DNA from: Bacteriovoracia bacterium
Lineage (GTDB): Bacteria > Bdellovibrionota > UBA1018 > JBFWNL01
Assembly: GCA_050251055.1 (NCBI GenBank)
Contig: JBFWNL010000003.1
Coordinates: forward strand, 256,001 to 320,000
Length of the DNA stretch: 64,000 bases
Direction: 5' to 3'
The translations under genes were made by a program, and so were the position numbers. Numbering within the stretch: the stretch's first letter is position 1; the number at the start of each line of letters is the position of its first letter. The notes under the pieces are model-generated. The model did not search any database and was not told the DNA's origin. It saw nothing but the letters and a program-made list of their open reading frames with translations. Positions 50,111 to 60,031 of the stretch are shown one piece after another.

Positions 50111-50139
50111 TTGACTTTAAAGGGTCGGATACCGATAAT
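50111..50139 (+). promoter_or_regulatory. Putative sigma70 promoter TTGACT-N17-GATAAT within an AT-rich divergent intergenic region
   Basis: Near-consensus hexamers, 19 nt upstream of ATG 50159. Confidence 0.55.
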
Positions 50140-50158
50140 AATCTAAGGACGTAAGTGG

Positions 50159-53100
50159 ATGATGTTTACCCTTCACCTGAGCAAAACCGCTCTCCGGCTG
50201 CACGTGTGTGCGCTCGCGCTACTGACGGCGTCGGGGTGTATTTTGCCAGACGGCACTAGTCCCACCGGCGAAACCCCGCGCACGGGCGCAGGAGCCGGAG
50301 GCGGAGGCGGCAGCGGAACCCCGGCGCCCTCCCTGAATAACAACCCACGGACGGTCACCATCGCCTCCGAAGACACGATGACCTTCTTCCCCACCGGCGG
50401 CACGGCGCCCTACACTTTTTCGATTCTGTTCGGCTTGGGCGATGTCGACGATACGGGCGGATTCACCGCACCCACGGCCCCCGTGCAACTATCCACCATC
50501 GTGCGCGTCACCGACAGCGCGGGGGCGAGTTCTGATTCGGTCGTGACGATCAATCCCGAACTCGAAATTTCCCCAGCCACGTTAACCTGGGCCGTGAACG
50601 GCATTTACACTTTTACCGCCACGGGCGGCGTTACCCCTTATACCTACAGCGTGAACACGGGCTCCGGCAGCATCAACGCGAGCACGGGTGCCTTCACCGC
50701 CGCCGCTACCCCCGGTGCCGTCACCGTCCGCGTGACCGACGCCTTGGGCCACTACAGCGACTCCACCGTAACCATCAACTCGGCGGTTTCCGTCAGCCCC
50801 AGCAGCAAATCTTTGGCGGTAAACAATACTTTCACTTTCACGGCCAGCAACGGCGCGACCCCCTATACCTACTCGATCGTTTCCGGCGGCGGGACCATCA
50901 ACGCCTCCAGCGGACTTTACACCGCCCCCGCCACGAGCGGCGTGGCCACGGTGCGCGTGACGGACGCGGCCGGGGGCGTGAGCGACTCGTCCGTGACGAT
51001 CAACGCCGCGCTCGCCATCTCGCCCACGAGCTACACTCTCGCCGTGAACAACACGCACACTTTCAGCGCCTCGGGTGGCGTGGCACCCTACAGCTACTCC
51101 ATCCAGTCGGGAACCGGCTCCGTTCATCCCACGAGCGGTCTGTACACCGCCCCCGCCTCGGCCGGATCGGCCGTCATCCTCGTCACCGACTCACTTTCCA
51201 ACACCGCCACCGCCAACGTGACCATCACTGGCGCGCTCGCCATCTCGCCCGCCACGTTAACGTGGGCGGTAAACCGTCCCTATACTTTCTCCGCCTCGGG
51301 CGGCGTACCCCCTTATGTTTTTTCCGTGTTCGCGGGCGGTGGATCGATTAACTCTTCAAGTGGCGCATTCACGGCGGGAGCCACGGCCGGGGCGGTCACC
51401 GTGCGCGTGACCGACGCGGTTTCCAACACGAGCGACTCGAGTGTCACGGTGAATAATGCGGTGGCGATCAGTCCGACGACTTACACCCTCGCCGCGGGGA
51501 ACACCCATACCTTTACGGCCTCGAACGGCGTCGCGCCCTACACCTATACGATAATCAGCGGCTTCGGCACGATTCATCCGTCCACTGGGCTTTACTCGGC
51601 ACCAGCTTCCGCAGGCTCGAACGTCGTGCGCGTCACCGACACCACGGGCGGCACGAGCGATGCGACGATCACGATCAATGCCGCGCTCGCGATCTCGCCC
51701 ACGTCGGTTAGCCTTTCGGTTGGCAACACCCACACTTTCTCGGCCTCAGGCGGCGTGGCGCCCTATGCATACTCCATTCAATCGGGCACGGGTTCCGTGG
51801 ACCCGGCAAGCGGCCTGTACACCGCGCCCGGCTCGGCTGGCTCGGCCGTGGTTAAGGTGACGGACGCACTCAGCAACACCACCACCGCCAACGTCACGGT
51901 GGCCGCGGGGATCGTGATCTCGCCCTCGACCCTCACCTGGGCCGTGAATCAAAACTACACGTTTACGGCGACGGGGGGCGTCGCTCCTTATACCTACTCC
52001 ATTCAAGCGGGCTTAGGTTCGATTGGCGCCGCCACCGGTATCTTCACCGCCGGCGCGAGCGCAGGCGCCGTTACCGTCCGCGTGACCGATTCCATCGCCA
52101 ACTACAGCGAATCCACCGTCACCGTAAATGCGGCCGTCTCGATCAGCCCGACGACGAAGACGCTGGCCGTGAACAATAACTTTACCTTCACGGGCTCCGA
52201 TGGAGCCACGCCGCTGGTCTACACCGTTGTCAGTGGCGGGGGCGCGATCAACCCAAGCACCGGAGCTTACACTGCGCCGGCCACCAGCGGCTCGGCGACC
52301 GTGCGCGTGACGGATACCGCTGGCGTGTACGCGGATTCCCTGGTCACGATCAATCCAGCCATCTCCCTCTCGCCAACGAGCCTAAGTATCGCCGTCAACG
52401 GGACCCAAACCTTCGCGGCGAGCGGCGGCGTCGCACCTTATACTTATTCGATCGATTCCGGCGTCGGCTCCATTCACGCGACTAGCGGTCTATACACCGC
52501 GCCGGCTTCGACGGGATCGGCCGTCGTTCGGGTCACCGATACCTTAAGTAACACGACGACGGCCAACGTTTCCGTCACGGCCGCGCTGGCGATCACCCCG
52601 GCGACCAAAACCTTGGCCGTCACCAACAACTTTACCTTCGGCGCCACGGGCGGCACCGCACCTTATAGTTACTCCATCATCTCTGGGGGCGGGAGCGTGG
52701 GCGCCGCTACGGGCGTGTACACCGCACCGGGCTCTGCGGGCTCGGCCACCGTCCGCGTCACCGACGCCGTATCGGCGACCAGCGATGCCGCCGTTACCAT
52801 CAACGCCGCACTGGCTATCTCCCCCACTTCCTTCGCCCTGTCCGTGGGCAACACGACGACTTTCTCCGCCACGGGCGGCGTGGCCCCTTACGGCTACACC
52901 ATCGATTCAGGCGTCGGGTCCGTGGATCCCGCGAGCGGGCTTTACACCGCACCCGGAAGCCCAGGCTCCGCCGTCGTGAAAGTTACCGACAGCCTCGGTA
53001 ACACGAGCACCGCCAACGTGACCGTGGGCGCGGGTATCGTGATTTCACCGTCAACCCTGACCTGGGCCGTGAACCAGAACTACACCTTTACCGCCACCGG

Positions 53101-55165
53101 AGGCGTCGCACCGTATACTTACTCGATTCAGTCGGGCCTGGGCTCGATCGGCGCCGCCACCGGCGTCTTCACTGCCGGAGCGAGCGCGGGCGCCGTCACC
53201 GTGCGCGTGACGGATTCACTGAGTAACTTCAGCGAATCCACCGTGACCGTGAACGCGGCGGTCGCGATCAGCCCGACCACCAAGAGCTTAGCGGTCAATA
53301 ACGCCTTCACCTTCACTGGATCGAACGGCGCTCCGCCGCTGGTTTACACCGTAGAAAGCGGCGGCGGGTCAATCAATTCATCTAGCGGCGCCTACACCGC
53401 GCCTTCCGCGGCGGGCTCGGCCACCATTCGCGTCACTGACGCGGCCGGTGTTTACGCCGAGTCTTTGGTCACGGTCAACGGCGCGCTTTCTATCTCACCC
53501 GCCATTCAAAGCCTAGCCATCAACAACACGGTTACCTTTGCGGGCGTGAGCGGCGTTCCCCCCTACGGCTACACCATCGATTCGGGCGTGGGTTCCGTGG
53601 ATCCGACGAGCGGCCTGTACACCGCACCGGGATCGGCGGGGGCGGCTGTAGTCAAGGTCACGGATAGCCTTGGCAACATCAGCACGGCCGACGTCACCGT
53701 CACCGCGGCCCTCGCGATTTCACCGACGACGAAGACCTTGGCCGTGAATAACGTCTTTACCTTTTCCGCCACCGGCGGCGCGACGCCGTATACCTATTCC
53801 GTGGTTTCCGGAGGTGGAAGCGTCGTGGCCGGAACGGGGGCCTACACGGCACCCGCAAGCGCGGTAGCAAGCGTCACCTTGCGCGTGACCGACGCGCTCA
53901 ATAACACGAGCGACGCCACGATCACCGTGAACCCTGCGCTGGCGATTAGCCCGACGAGTTGGACCATGAATACGTCCGCCACGAAGACCTTCGGCGCTAC
54001 GGGCGGGGTTTCCACCTACACTTACTCCATCGAGTCAGGCGGCGGATCGATCAATTCGTCGAATGGCCTATATACGGCGCCCGGAACGGCGGATTCCGTC
54101 GTGGTGAAAGTCACGGATACGCTTGGCAACACCAGCACCGCGAGCGTCACCGTACGCGTGCCACTCGCCATCGCGCCCGCGACCGCCGTCGGGATTCGTG
54201 CCAATCAAGTTTACGGGACGAACTTCTCGGCGACCGGCGGGACCGCTCCATACACCTACAGCGTGTTCGCGGGCGGAGGCAGCATTAACTCCAGCACCGG
54301 CCAGTACACCGCGCCGTCCACGATCCAGAACGTCACGATCCGGGTGACGGATAACGACGGCACCACGAGCGACAACAACCTGGTTTACATTATCGGCAGC
54401 CCGGCCCTGTGGCTCGACGCCGAACAAGGCGTTACCTGCAGCGGCGGCGGAACCGCCGTCTCTACCTGGTCGGACCAAAGCGGCAACGGCTACGACGCCT
54501 CCCAGGGCACCGCGAACGAGCGCCCCACCTGTTTCACCAGCCAGGTCACCGGTAGCGGCAACTCCGCGGTGACCTTCAGCCACACGACCGGATTCGATGG
54601 CACGTATGACAACCTCAACTTGGGCGCAAACTACCTATTCTCGAATAATTCGGGGGTCACACTGTTTTCCGTGATGAATAGCGTGGCGAACATGACCAAT
54701 CCCTACTTCTTTTCGTTCGGGAACGCGGTCACCACTCACTATGGCTTCGGATACGACACCGCGGGAGCGGGCATCGCCACGCCGACTTCGTTTAGCGGCG
54801 TCGACCAACTCACCAGCGGCAACAACGTAGCCCATGCCTACGGCTCGGGCACCTGGGTAACCTACACCGGCGAAATCACCTTCGGCGCATCCGGCAGTCA
54901 AAAGGTACGCCTCAACGGCGGATCAACCCTCATCAATCAGGCCATTACCACAAGCGCCCTGACGGCGACCGAGATCGCCGAAGCCTCCACCCGAGGCACA
55001 TTTTCAGGCCCCGTTACGATCGGCATGCGCTCGGATACCGGCGCCGATACCACGAGCAACCTGCGCGGCGGAATCGCCGAAATGTTGTTTTATGACGACA
55101 CTGTATCCACTGCGGAGCGGACCACGATCGAAGCTTATCTAAGGGCGAAGCACCAGCACTATTAA
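50159..55165 (+). CDS. Giant surface lipoprotein/adhesin: 18 Ig-like repeats plus a LamG-like tip domain
   Basis: LTASGC lipobox. 18 copies of ISP...F-x-A-x-GG-x2-PY...G-x-YTAP...V-x-VTD (~75 aa). C-terminal PALWLDA...WSDQSGNG...IAEMLFYD...EAYL. Confidence 0.9.
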   Translation: MMFTLHLSKTALRLHVCALALLTASGCILPDGTSPTGETPRTGAGAGGGGGSGTPAPSLNNNPRTVTIASEDTMTFFPTGGTAPYTFSILFGLGDVDDTGGFTAPTAPVQLSTIVRVTDSAGASSDSVVTINPELEISPATLTWAVNGIYTFTATGGVTPYTYSVNTGSGSINASTGAFTAAATPGAVTVRVTDALGHYSDSTVTINSAVSVSPSSKSLAVNNTFTFTASNGATPYTYSIVSGGGTINASSGLYTAPATSGVATVRVTDAAGGVSDSSVTINAALAISPTSYTLAVNNTHTFSASGGVAPYSYSIQSGTGSVHPTSGLYTAPASAGSAVILVTDSLSNTATANVTITGALAISPATLTWAVNRPYTFSASGGVPPYVFSVFAGGGSINSSSGAFTAGATAGAVTVRVTDAVSNTSDSSVTVNNAVAISPTTYTLAAGNTHTFTASNGVAPYTYTIISGFGTIHPSTGLYSAPASAGSNVVRVTDTTGGTSDATITINAALAISPTSVSLSVGNTHTFSASGGVAPYAYSIQSGTGSVDPASGLYTAPGSAGSAVVKVTDALSNTTTANVTVAAGIVISPSTLTWAVNQNYTFTATGGVAPYTYSIQAGLGSIGAATGIFTAGASAGAVTVRVTDSIANYSESTVTVNAAVSISPTTKTLAVNNNFTFTGSDGATPLVYTVVSGGGAINPSTGAYTAPATSGSATVRVTDTAGVYADSLVTINPAISLSPTSLSIAVNGTQTFAASGGVAPYTYSIDSGVGSIHATSGLYTAPASTGSAVVRVTDTLSNTTTANVSVTAALAITPATKTLAVTNNFTFGATGGTAPYSYSIISGGGSVGAATGVYTAPGSAGSATVRVTDAVSATSDAAVTINAALAISPTSFALSVGNTTTFSATGGVAPYGYTIDSGVGSVDPASGLYTAPGSPGSAVVKVTDSLGNTSTANVTVGAGIVISPSTLTWAVNQNYTFTATGGVAPYTYSIQSGLGSIGAATGVFTAGASAGAVTVRVTDSLSNFSESTVTVNAAVAISPTTKSLAVNNAFTFTGSNGAPPLVYTVESGGGSINSSSGAYTAPSAAGSATIRVTDAAGVYAESLVTVNGALSISPAIQSLAINNTVTFAGVSGVPPYGYTIDSGVGSVDPTSGLYTAPGSAGAAVVKVTDSLGNISTADVTVTAALAISPTTKTLAVNNVFTFSATGGATPYTYSVVSGGGSVVAGTGAYTAPASAVASVTLRVTDALNNTSDATITVNPALAISPTSWTMNTSATKTFGATGGVSTYTYSIESGGGSINSSNGLYTAPGTADSVVVKVTDTLGNTSTASVTVRVPLAIAPATAVGIRANQVYGTNFSATGGTAPYTYSVFAGGGSINSSTGQYTAPSTIQNVTIRVTDNDGTTSDNNLVYIIGSPALWLDAEQGVTCSGGGTAVSTWSDQSGNGYDASQGTANERPTCFTSQVTGSGNSAVTFSHTTGFDGTYDNLNLGANYLFSNNSGVTLFSVMNSVANMTNPYFFSFGNAVTTHYGFGYDTAGAGIATPTSFSGVDQLTSGNNVAHAYGSGTWVTYTGEITFGASGSQKVRLNGGSTLINQAITTSALTATEIAEASTRGTFSGPVTIGMRSDTGADTTSNLRGGIAEMLFYDDTVSTAERTTIEAYLRAKHQHY
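50340..54390 (+). repeat. Intragenic tandem array of 18 x ~225-bp repeats with a 675-bp super-period
   Basis: The LTWAVN-type unit starts at 50582, 51257, 51932 and 53057 (spacings 675, 675, 1125). Confidence 0.9.
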
Positions 55166-55192
55166 CCTAACCGAAGAACTTAAGATGTACGT

Positions 55193-56425
55193 ATGCGAAT
55201 GAAAAAAAGTTACTTCATAGTTTTGACCAGTTTTCTCATGAGCGGATGCCTCCGGGTCTCGCTGTTTTCTCCTATCCGGCCGGGCGACGAAAACCCCGGC
55301 GGTGGAGAAGAGGAAGCATCCTACGTCTGGGAGCGCATGGGCAGTCCGCTCACCAACGCCCAGCCGGCGAATAGCTGGAAGTTCACGGCCGATATCGCTA
55401 TCGACAACGGCACGGCATACGTCGCCTACGGCAACGAAGCGGACGACGAAATCCATGTCGAGAAGTGGTCCGGGGGAGCGTGGACGGGATTTACCCAGGT
55501 GCAAAACTTCGAGGGCGCCTTCCAAGACCCACGGTTTGCCATCCAGAATCAGATAATCGGTTTGGGCTTCCAAGACGCTGGCGACATCTTTAACCTTTAT
55601 ACCTTCGATGACCCGGGTGGCGGCTGGTTCCAGACCTATGGCTTCGACAACGCCTACTTCAGCGTCTATGGGACCTTTGCGGGTTCCGGAATGGTGGCCT
55701 TCGGAGACGGCGGCTATCTTTTGGCCGGGGCCTTTCGCACCACGGACAGCAAGTTTCCGCTGATGTTCGCCGCCGACATTCCCAACCTGGCTCTCACGGG
55801 GCAGCTGATCTTGGACGGAGGGACGATGGTCGCGGTGGCGGGCGCGGAGCGCTCCGACTTTTTTGTCGATTCCAGCCTCAACGCCTACGTCGGCGTCTTA
55901 AATTCCTCCACCTTACGCTATAACCTGCAAATGACCGCCGGATTTGATACCGGCTGCTTCACCGCCGGGGTCTGCCAAATTTGGCAAGACATCACCAACA
56001 ACGTTGGCGATGAACTGGGTGACGCAACCGCGGGCGCGGCGATTCTTTACCAGGGACTCCCAACGGTTGCCGTCACCACCGACGATGGCGCCATCTACAC
56101 GTACGGGATCTACCAATTCGACGGCGCAAACTGGAATCCTCTGGGGTCCGCATTCACCGCTACCTACACGGCGGCGGTCGCACGACTCGCGACCGACGGG
56201 ACCTCGCTTTATCTTGGAGTCATGAGCAAGGGAAACCAGGGGCTACAGGTTTACCGCTGGAATGGCTCCACCTGGAAAACCCACGGACCGGCCAGCGCCG
56301 GGGATCGATCCATCCGGCAGTTTTCACTGGTCGCGGATGAGACCTTGGGCGTGATCGCCATCGCCCAACGTGTCGATCCGAACGACGGGGTCGAAGTGAT
56401 TCGATTGGTCACAGAGCCAGAATAG
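55193..56425 (+). CDS. Lipoprotein, probable beta-propeller
   Basis: LMSGC lipobox. Repeated blade-like motifs (VEKWSGGAW, YQFDGANW, VYRWNGSTW). Confidence 0.75.
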   Translation: MRMKKSYFIVLTSFLMSGCLRVSLFSPIRPGDENPGGGEEEASYVWERMGSPLTNAQPANSWKFTADIAIDNGTAYVAYGNEADDEIHVEKWSGGAWTGFTQVQNFEGAFQDPRFAIQNQIIGLGFQDAGDIFNLYTFDDPGGGWFQTYGFDNAYFSVYGTFAGSGMVAFGDGGYLLAGAFRTTDSKFPLMFAADIPNLALTGQLILDGGTMVAVAGAERSDFFVDSSLNAYVGVLNSSTLRYNLQMTAGFDTGCFTAGVCQIWQDITNNVGDELGDATAGAAILYQGLPTVAVTTDDGAIYTYGIYQFDGANWNPLGSAFTATYTAAVARLATDGTSLYLGVMSKGNQGLQVYRWNGSTWKTHGPASAGDRSIRQFSLVADETLGVIAIAQRVDPNDGVEVIRLVTEPE

Positions 56426-56439
56426 CTGGCACCCCTAAA

Positions 56440-59001
56440 TTAGTGCTTAATCGGACGCGTGCCCGGCTTTTTCTTGTCCTTGGCCGCTTTTTGCACGATC
56501 TCCACCGGCACCGGCATCGCCGTAGGCTGGGCGGTGAACAGGCTACCCAGACCGCGATCCACCAGAAACTCTTCCGGATGCTCGATATCGAGCGCCAGGC
56601 GCAAGACCTGATCAGCATGCTCGACGGGAATGATCTTCATCCCTTCGACGATCTCTTTCGGGATCTTTTTCATGTCCGGCAGGTTGCCCTTCGGGATCAG
56701 CACAGTCTTGATGTCGCCGACCTTGGCCGCCAGGAGCTTCTCCTTCAGGCCGCCGATCGGTAACACCCGCCCGCGCAATGTGATTTCGCCGGTCATGGCG
56801 ACGTCACGCTTCACCGGGATCTTCAGGAGCGCGCTCGTGATCGAGGTCGCCATGGTGATCCCGGCCGAGGGACCGTCCTTCGGCACCGCGCCTTCCGGCA
56901 CGTGCAGGTGGATGTCGACGTTCTGGTTGAACTCCTTCGAGAGACCCAGCTGTTCCGCACGGGAACGAACGTAGCTCATCGCGGTCGAGGCGGACTCCTG
57001 CATCACTTCACCGAGTTTGCCCGTGACCTTGATCTGACCCTTACCTGGGACGACGCTGACTTCAATCTGCAAAAGATCGCCGCCGGCTTCCGTGTAAGCG
57101 AGGCCGTTGACCAGGCCCACTTCGTTTTTGTCCTCGATCTTGCCGTAGGTGAACTTCGGCGGCCCGAGCATTTCCTCGAGATCCGACTCACTGAGCACGA
57201 TGCGCTCGATCTTGGCCACCTTGGTGATGACCTTCGCCTTCTTGATGCCCTTTTCTTTTGCGTCCGCCTTCGCTCCGCTCTGCGCTTCCGCCTGGGCTTC
57301 CACCTGCGCCTCGACAATGCGCTTCGCGGCCTTGCGGCAAAGCGTGGCGACCGTGCGTTCCAGGTTACGCACGCCCGCTTCGCGGGTGTACGTGCGGATG
57401 AGCTGCTTAAGCACCTCGTCGGCGACTTCCAAGTTCTCCGACTTCAGGCCGTGCAGCTCCATCTGCTTGGGCAGAAGGTACTTGCGGGCGATATTGAACT
57501 TCTCGACTTCCGTGTAGCCCGAGATCGTGATGACTTCCATACGATCGAGCAGCGGCTTCGGAATGCTGTGGAGCGAGTTCGCCGTGAGCACGAACATCAC
57601 CTTCGAGAGGTCGTAGTCGACTTCGAGGTAGTGATCGCCGAAATTATGGTTCTGCTCCGGATCCAAGACTTCGAGCAGGGCCGAGGACGGGTCGCCGCGG
57701 AAGTCCATGGACATCTTGTCGACTTCGTCGAGCAGGAAGACCGGGTTCGAGGAACCGGCTTTCTTCAGCGACTGGATGATCTTTCCAGGCAACGCGCCCA
57801 CGTAAGTGCGGCGGTGACCGCGGATCTCGGCCTCGTCGCGAACCCCACCGAGCGAGCAGCGTACGAACTTCTTATTGAGCGACTGCGCGATCGAACGGGC
57901 GAGCGAGGTCTTGCCGACGCCCGGAGGGCCGGCGAAGCACAAGATCTGGCCTTTGGAGTTCTGCGTGAGCGTGCGCACGGCGAGATACTCGATAATGCGC
58001 TCTTTTACTTCTTCCAATCCGTAGTGGTCTTCGTCCAAGACCTTTTCCGCGAGCTGGATATCGTTGCGGTCCTCGGTGTAGGTCGCCCACGGGATCGTGA
58101 TCAACCAATCGATATAATTACGCACGACGGTCGCTTCCGCCGACATCGGCGACATCATCTTGAGCTTCTTGAGCTCGCGATTGGCGCGTTCTTTCGCTTC
58201 CTTAGACATGGGCTTGGCGCGGATGGCCTTCTCCAAAGCCATGATCTCGGCCTTGAACTCGTCCTTTTCGCCCAATTCCTTCTGGATCGCCTGCATCTGC
58301 TCGTTGAGGTAGTACTCCTTCTGCGAGCGCTCCATCTGCTTCTTCACGCGGGAGCGGATGCGGCGCTCGACCTGCAGGATTTCGATCTCGCCTTGCATGA
58401 GCTGCAACAGCTTTTCCAGGCGGGTAGCCGGATTGGTGATTTCGAGGATGCCCTGCTTTTCTTCCAATTTCAGGTTCAGGTGGGCGACGATGATGTCGGC
58501 CACGCGGGACGGATCATCGATGCTGTTCACGCTCATGAGCATTTCCGGAGGAATGCGCTTATTGAGCTTCACGTAATTTTCGAAGGTGGATTTCAGGGAA
58601 CGTACGAGCGCCTCCATCTCGACCGTGGTCTCGAGATCGTCTTCGAGCTCCTCGACTTCGGCCTCGATCATGCGCTCGGTTTCGCGGTACTTCAAAAGCT
58701 TCGCGCGCTTCTTGCCTTCGACCAAAACCTTTACGGTGTTATCGGGCAAACGCAAAATTTGGAGAATCGTGCCCAGGGTGCCGACTTGGAAAATATCGTC
58801 CTTCCCCGGGTTCGCCGTCGTGGCTTGCTTCTGCGCCACCAGGAAAAGATCCATCTTGTTATTCACGCATTCTTCGAGCGCATTGATGGATTTTTCGCGT
58901 CCTACGAAAAGCGGAACCACCATGTGCGGAAAGATGATCACATCTCTCAGCGGCAGCAGCGGCACGTTCATTTTCTGGGTCTCTTTTTTCTTGTTAGCCA
59001 T
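56440..59001 (-). CDS. lon: ATP-dependent protease La
   Basis: [39 protein letters not shown] and PIGGLKEK. Confidence 0.99.
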   Translation of the reverse strand: MANKKKETQKMNVPLLPLRDVIIFPHMVVPLFVGREKSINALEECVNNKMDLFLVAQKQATTANPGKDDIFQVGTLGTILQILRLPDNTVKVLVEGKKRAKLLKYRETERMIEAEVEELEDDLETTVEMEALVRSLKSTFENYVKLNKRIPPEMLMSVNSIDDPSRVADIIVAHLNLKLEEKQGILEITNPATRLEKLLQLMQGEIEILQVERRIRSRVKKQMERSQKEYYLNEQMQAIQKELGEKDEFKAEIMALEKAIRAKPMSKEAKERANRELKKLKMMSPMSAEATVVRNYIDWLITIPWATYTEDRNDIQLAEKVLDEDHYGLEEVKERIIEYLAVRTLTQNSKGQILCFAGPPGVGKTSLARSIAQSLNKKFVRCSLGGVRDEAEIRGHRRTYVGALPGKIIQSLKKAGSSNPVFLLDEVDKMSMDFRGDPSSALLEVLDPEQNHNFGDHYLEVDYDLSKVMFVLTANSLHSIPKPLLDRMEVITISGYTEVEKFNIARKYLLPKQMELHGLKSENLEVADEVLKQLIRTYTREAGVRNLERTVATLCRKAAKRIVEAQVEAQAEAQSGAKADAKEKGIKKAKVITKVAKIERIVLSESDLEEMLGPPKFTYGKIEDKNEVGLVNGLAYTEAGGDLLQIEVSVVPGKGQIKVTGKLGEVMQESASTAMSYVRSRAEQLGLSKEFNQNVDIHLHVPEGAVPKDGPSAGITMATSITSALLKIPVKRDVAMTGEITLRGRVLPIGGLKEKLLAAKVGDIKTVLIPKGNLPDMKKIPKEIVEGMKIIPVEHADQVLRLALDIEHPEEFLVDRGLGSLFTAQPTAMPVPVEIVQKAAKDKKKPGTRPIKH

Positions 59002-59019
59002 AGACGTCCCCCCATGAAA

Positions 59020-59048
59020 ATTACAGCATAGGGCCCAAACAGATGCAA
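59020..59048 (-). promoter_or_regulatory. Putative sigma70 promoter of lon, TTGCAT-N17-TGTAAT with TG extension
   Basis: Hexamers with 17-nt spacing, 18 nt upstream of the lon ATG. Confidence 0.45.
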
Positions 59049-59209
59049 AAAATATCTTTTGACGAGCTGGCTAACCACCGACAACCAAAGGCAGAATTGG
59101 CCCAGGCAAAATCTAATTCGCAATCTGATCGCTTGCGTCATAAGGAATCAAAACGGCCCTATCTGGGGCCAACCACGGGCTAATTTCGGGTTCGAAAGGT
59201 GATTTCCTC

Positions 59210-60025
59210 ATGAAGTCCTGGATCGGGCTCTCGCTAGGCATTTTTTTGGCACTCGCGCGCCCAGCCGCCGCCTCCACGCTTGAGCTCAAGCCCTCCCCTC
59301 ACTTCGAGCTCTTCTCGAGCAACCCCGGGGTAAGCACCTATCGCTGCTTCCTTCCCGATGTCGGGCCTGACGGGCAGTCCTTACTTTTGACTTTCCGAGG
59401 CGCCGATAGCGCGCGCGACACCGACCCCGAGTTTTCCAGATTCCGGCCCGGGCTCTACCGCGTCGCTCGGCTCACCCAGCGCGAAGGCAAGACCAGCGCC
59501 ATTCAAGGCGAGTACGCCGAGGATACCCGCTTTCTAGCCCTGCTTTGGGTATCGGTTCCATTCAAGGCTCCCCAGGAAATCGCGAAGCTGCTCGAAGCCT
59601 GCGGGCTGAAAATCTCCCTAGATCGCCAGGACGTCGACGCACCGGCTGGTCCCAAAGATGCGAGCCCACCCCCAAAAAATATACCCACGACTCCGGTGCC
59701 TGATCGTGACCCGCTCGGCCTCCCGCCCGATACTACGCCACTTGAGCGGCGGGATTTTCTGTTCGGAAACTACTTCTTCCGAATCCAAGGAATGAACAAA
59801 CGCCAGGCCTGGGAGCATTGCCGAAAAATCTCCTTAGAAGACGCTTGTCGCCATCAGCGCGCCTGCCATTGGATCCAAGGCGAGTGCGAATTCAAGAACT
59901 TAGCCGATTCCGTAGGTATGGATCACTCGAGAATGTGCTGGAGGTTCACTTACCAACAACGGCAAGCCGACTGCGAGGCCCTTCCCCACTGCTCCTGGGT
60001 CCCGCCCCGCTGCGCGATTCGCTAA
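59210..60025 (+). CDS. Secreted hypothetical protein with two C-terminal Cys repeats
   Basis: AAGGTG RBS, signal peptide and Pro-rich linker. C-xn-C-x5-C-x-W-x4-C occurs twice. Confidence 0.7.
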   Translation: MKSWIGLSLGIFLALARPAAASTLELKPSPHFELFSSNPGVSTYRCFLPDVGPDGQSLLLTFRGADSARDTDPEFSRFRPGLYRVARLTQREGKTSAIQGEYAEDTRFLALLWVSVPFKAPQEIAKLLEACGLKISLDRQDVDAPAGPKDASPPPKNIPTTPVPDRDPLGLPPDTTPLERRDFLFGNYFFRIQGMNKRQAWEHCRKISLEDACRHQRACHWIQGECEFKNLADSVGMDHSRMCWRFTYQQRQADCEALPHCSWVPPRCAIR

Positions 60026-60031
60026 GAAAAC

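Noticed and set aside
50118-50138. TAAA...ACCGATAA as a FliA promoter for the giant adhesin
   Set aside because: Spacer is only 9 nt. The sigma70 reading fits better.
50340-54390. Repeat array considered as a CRISPR or a diversity-generating element
   Set aside because: The repeats are in-frame 225-bp coding units with synonymous divergence. No spacers, cas genes or reverse transcriptase.
56902-59031. 709-aa plus-strand ORF, and similar long antisense ORFs (21383-23056, 9392-10720, 18660-19907, 60350-61372, 38594-39583)
   Set aside because: Shadow frames opposite highly conserved genes with strong codon bias. No motifs or RBS.
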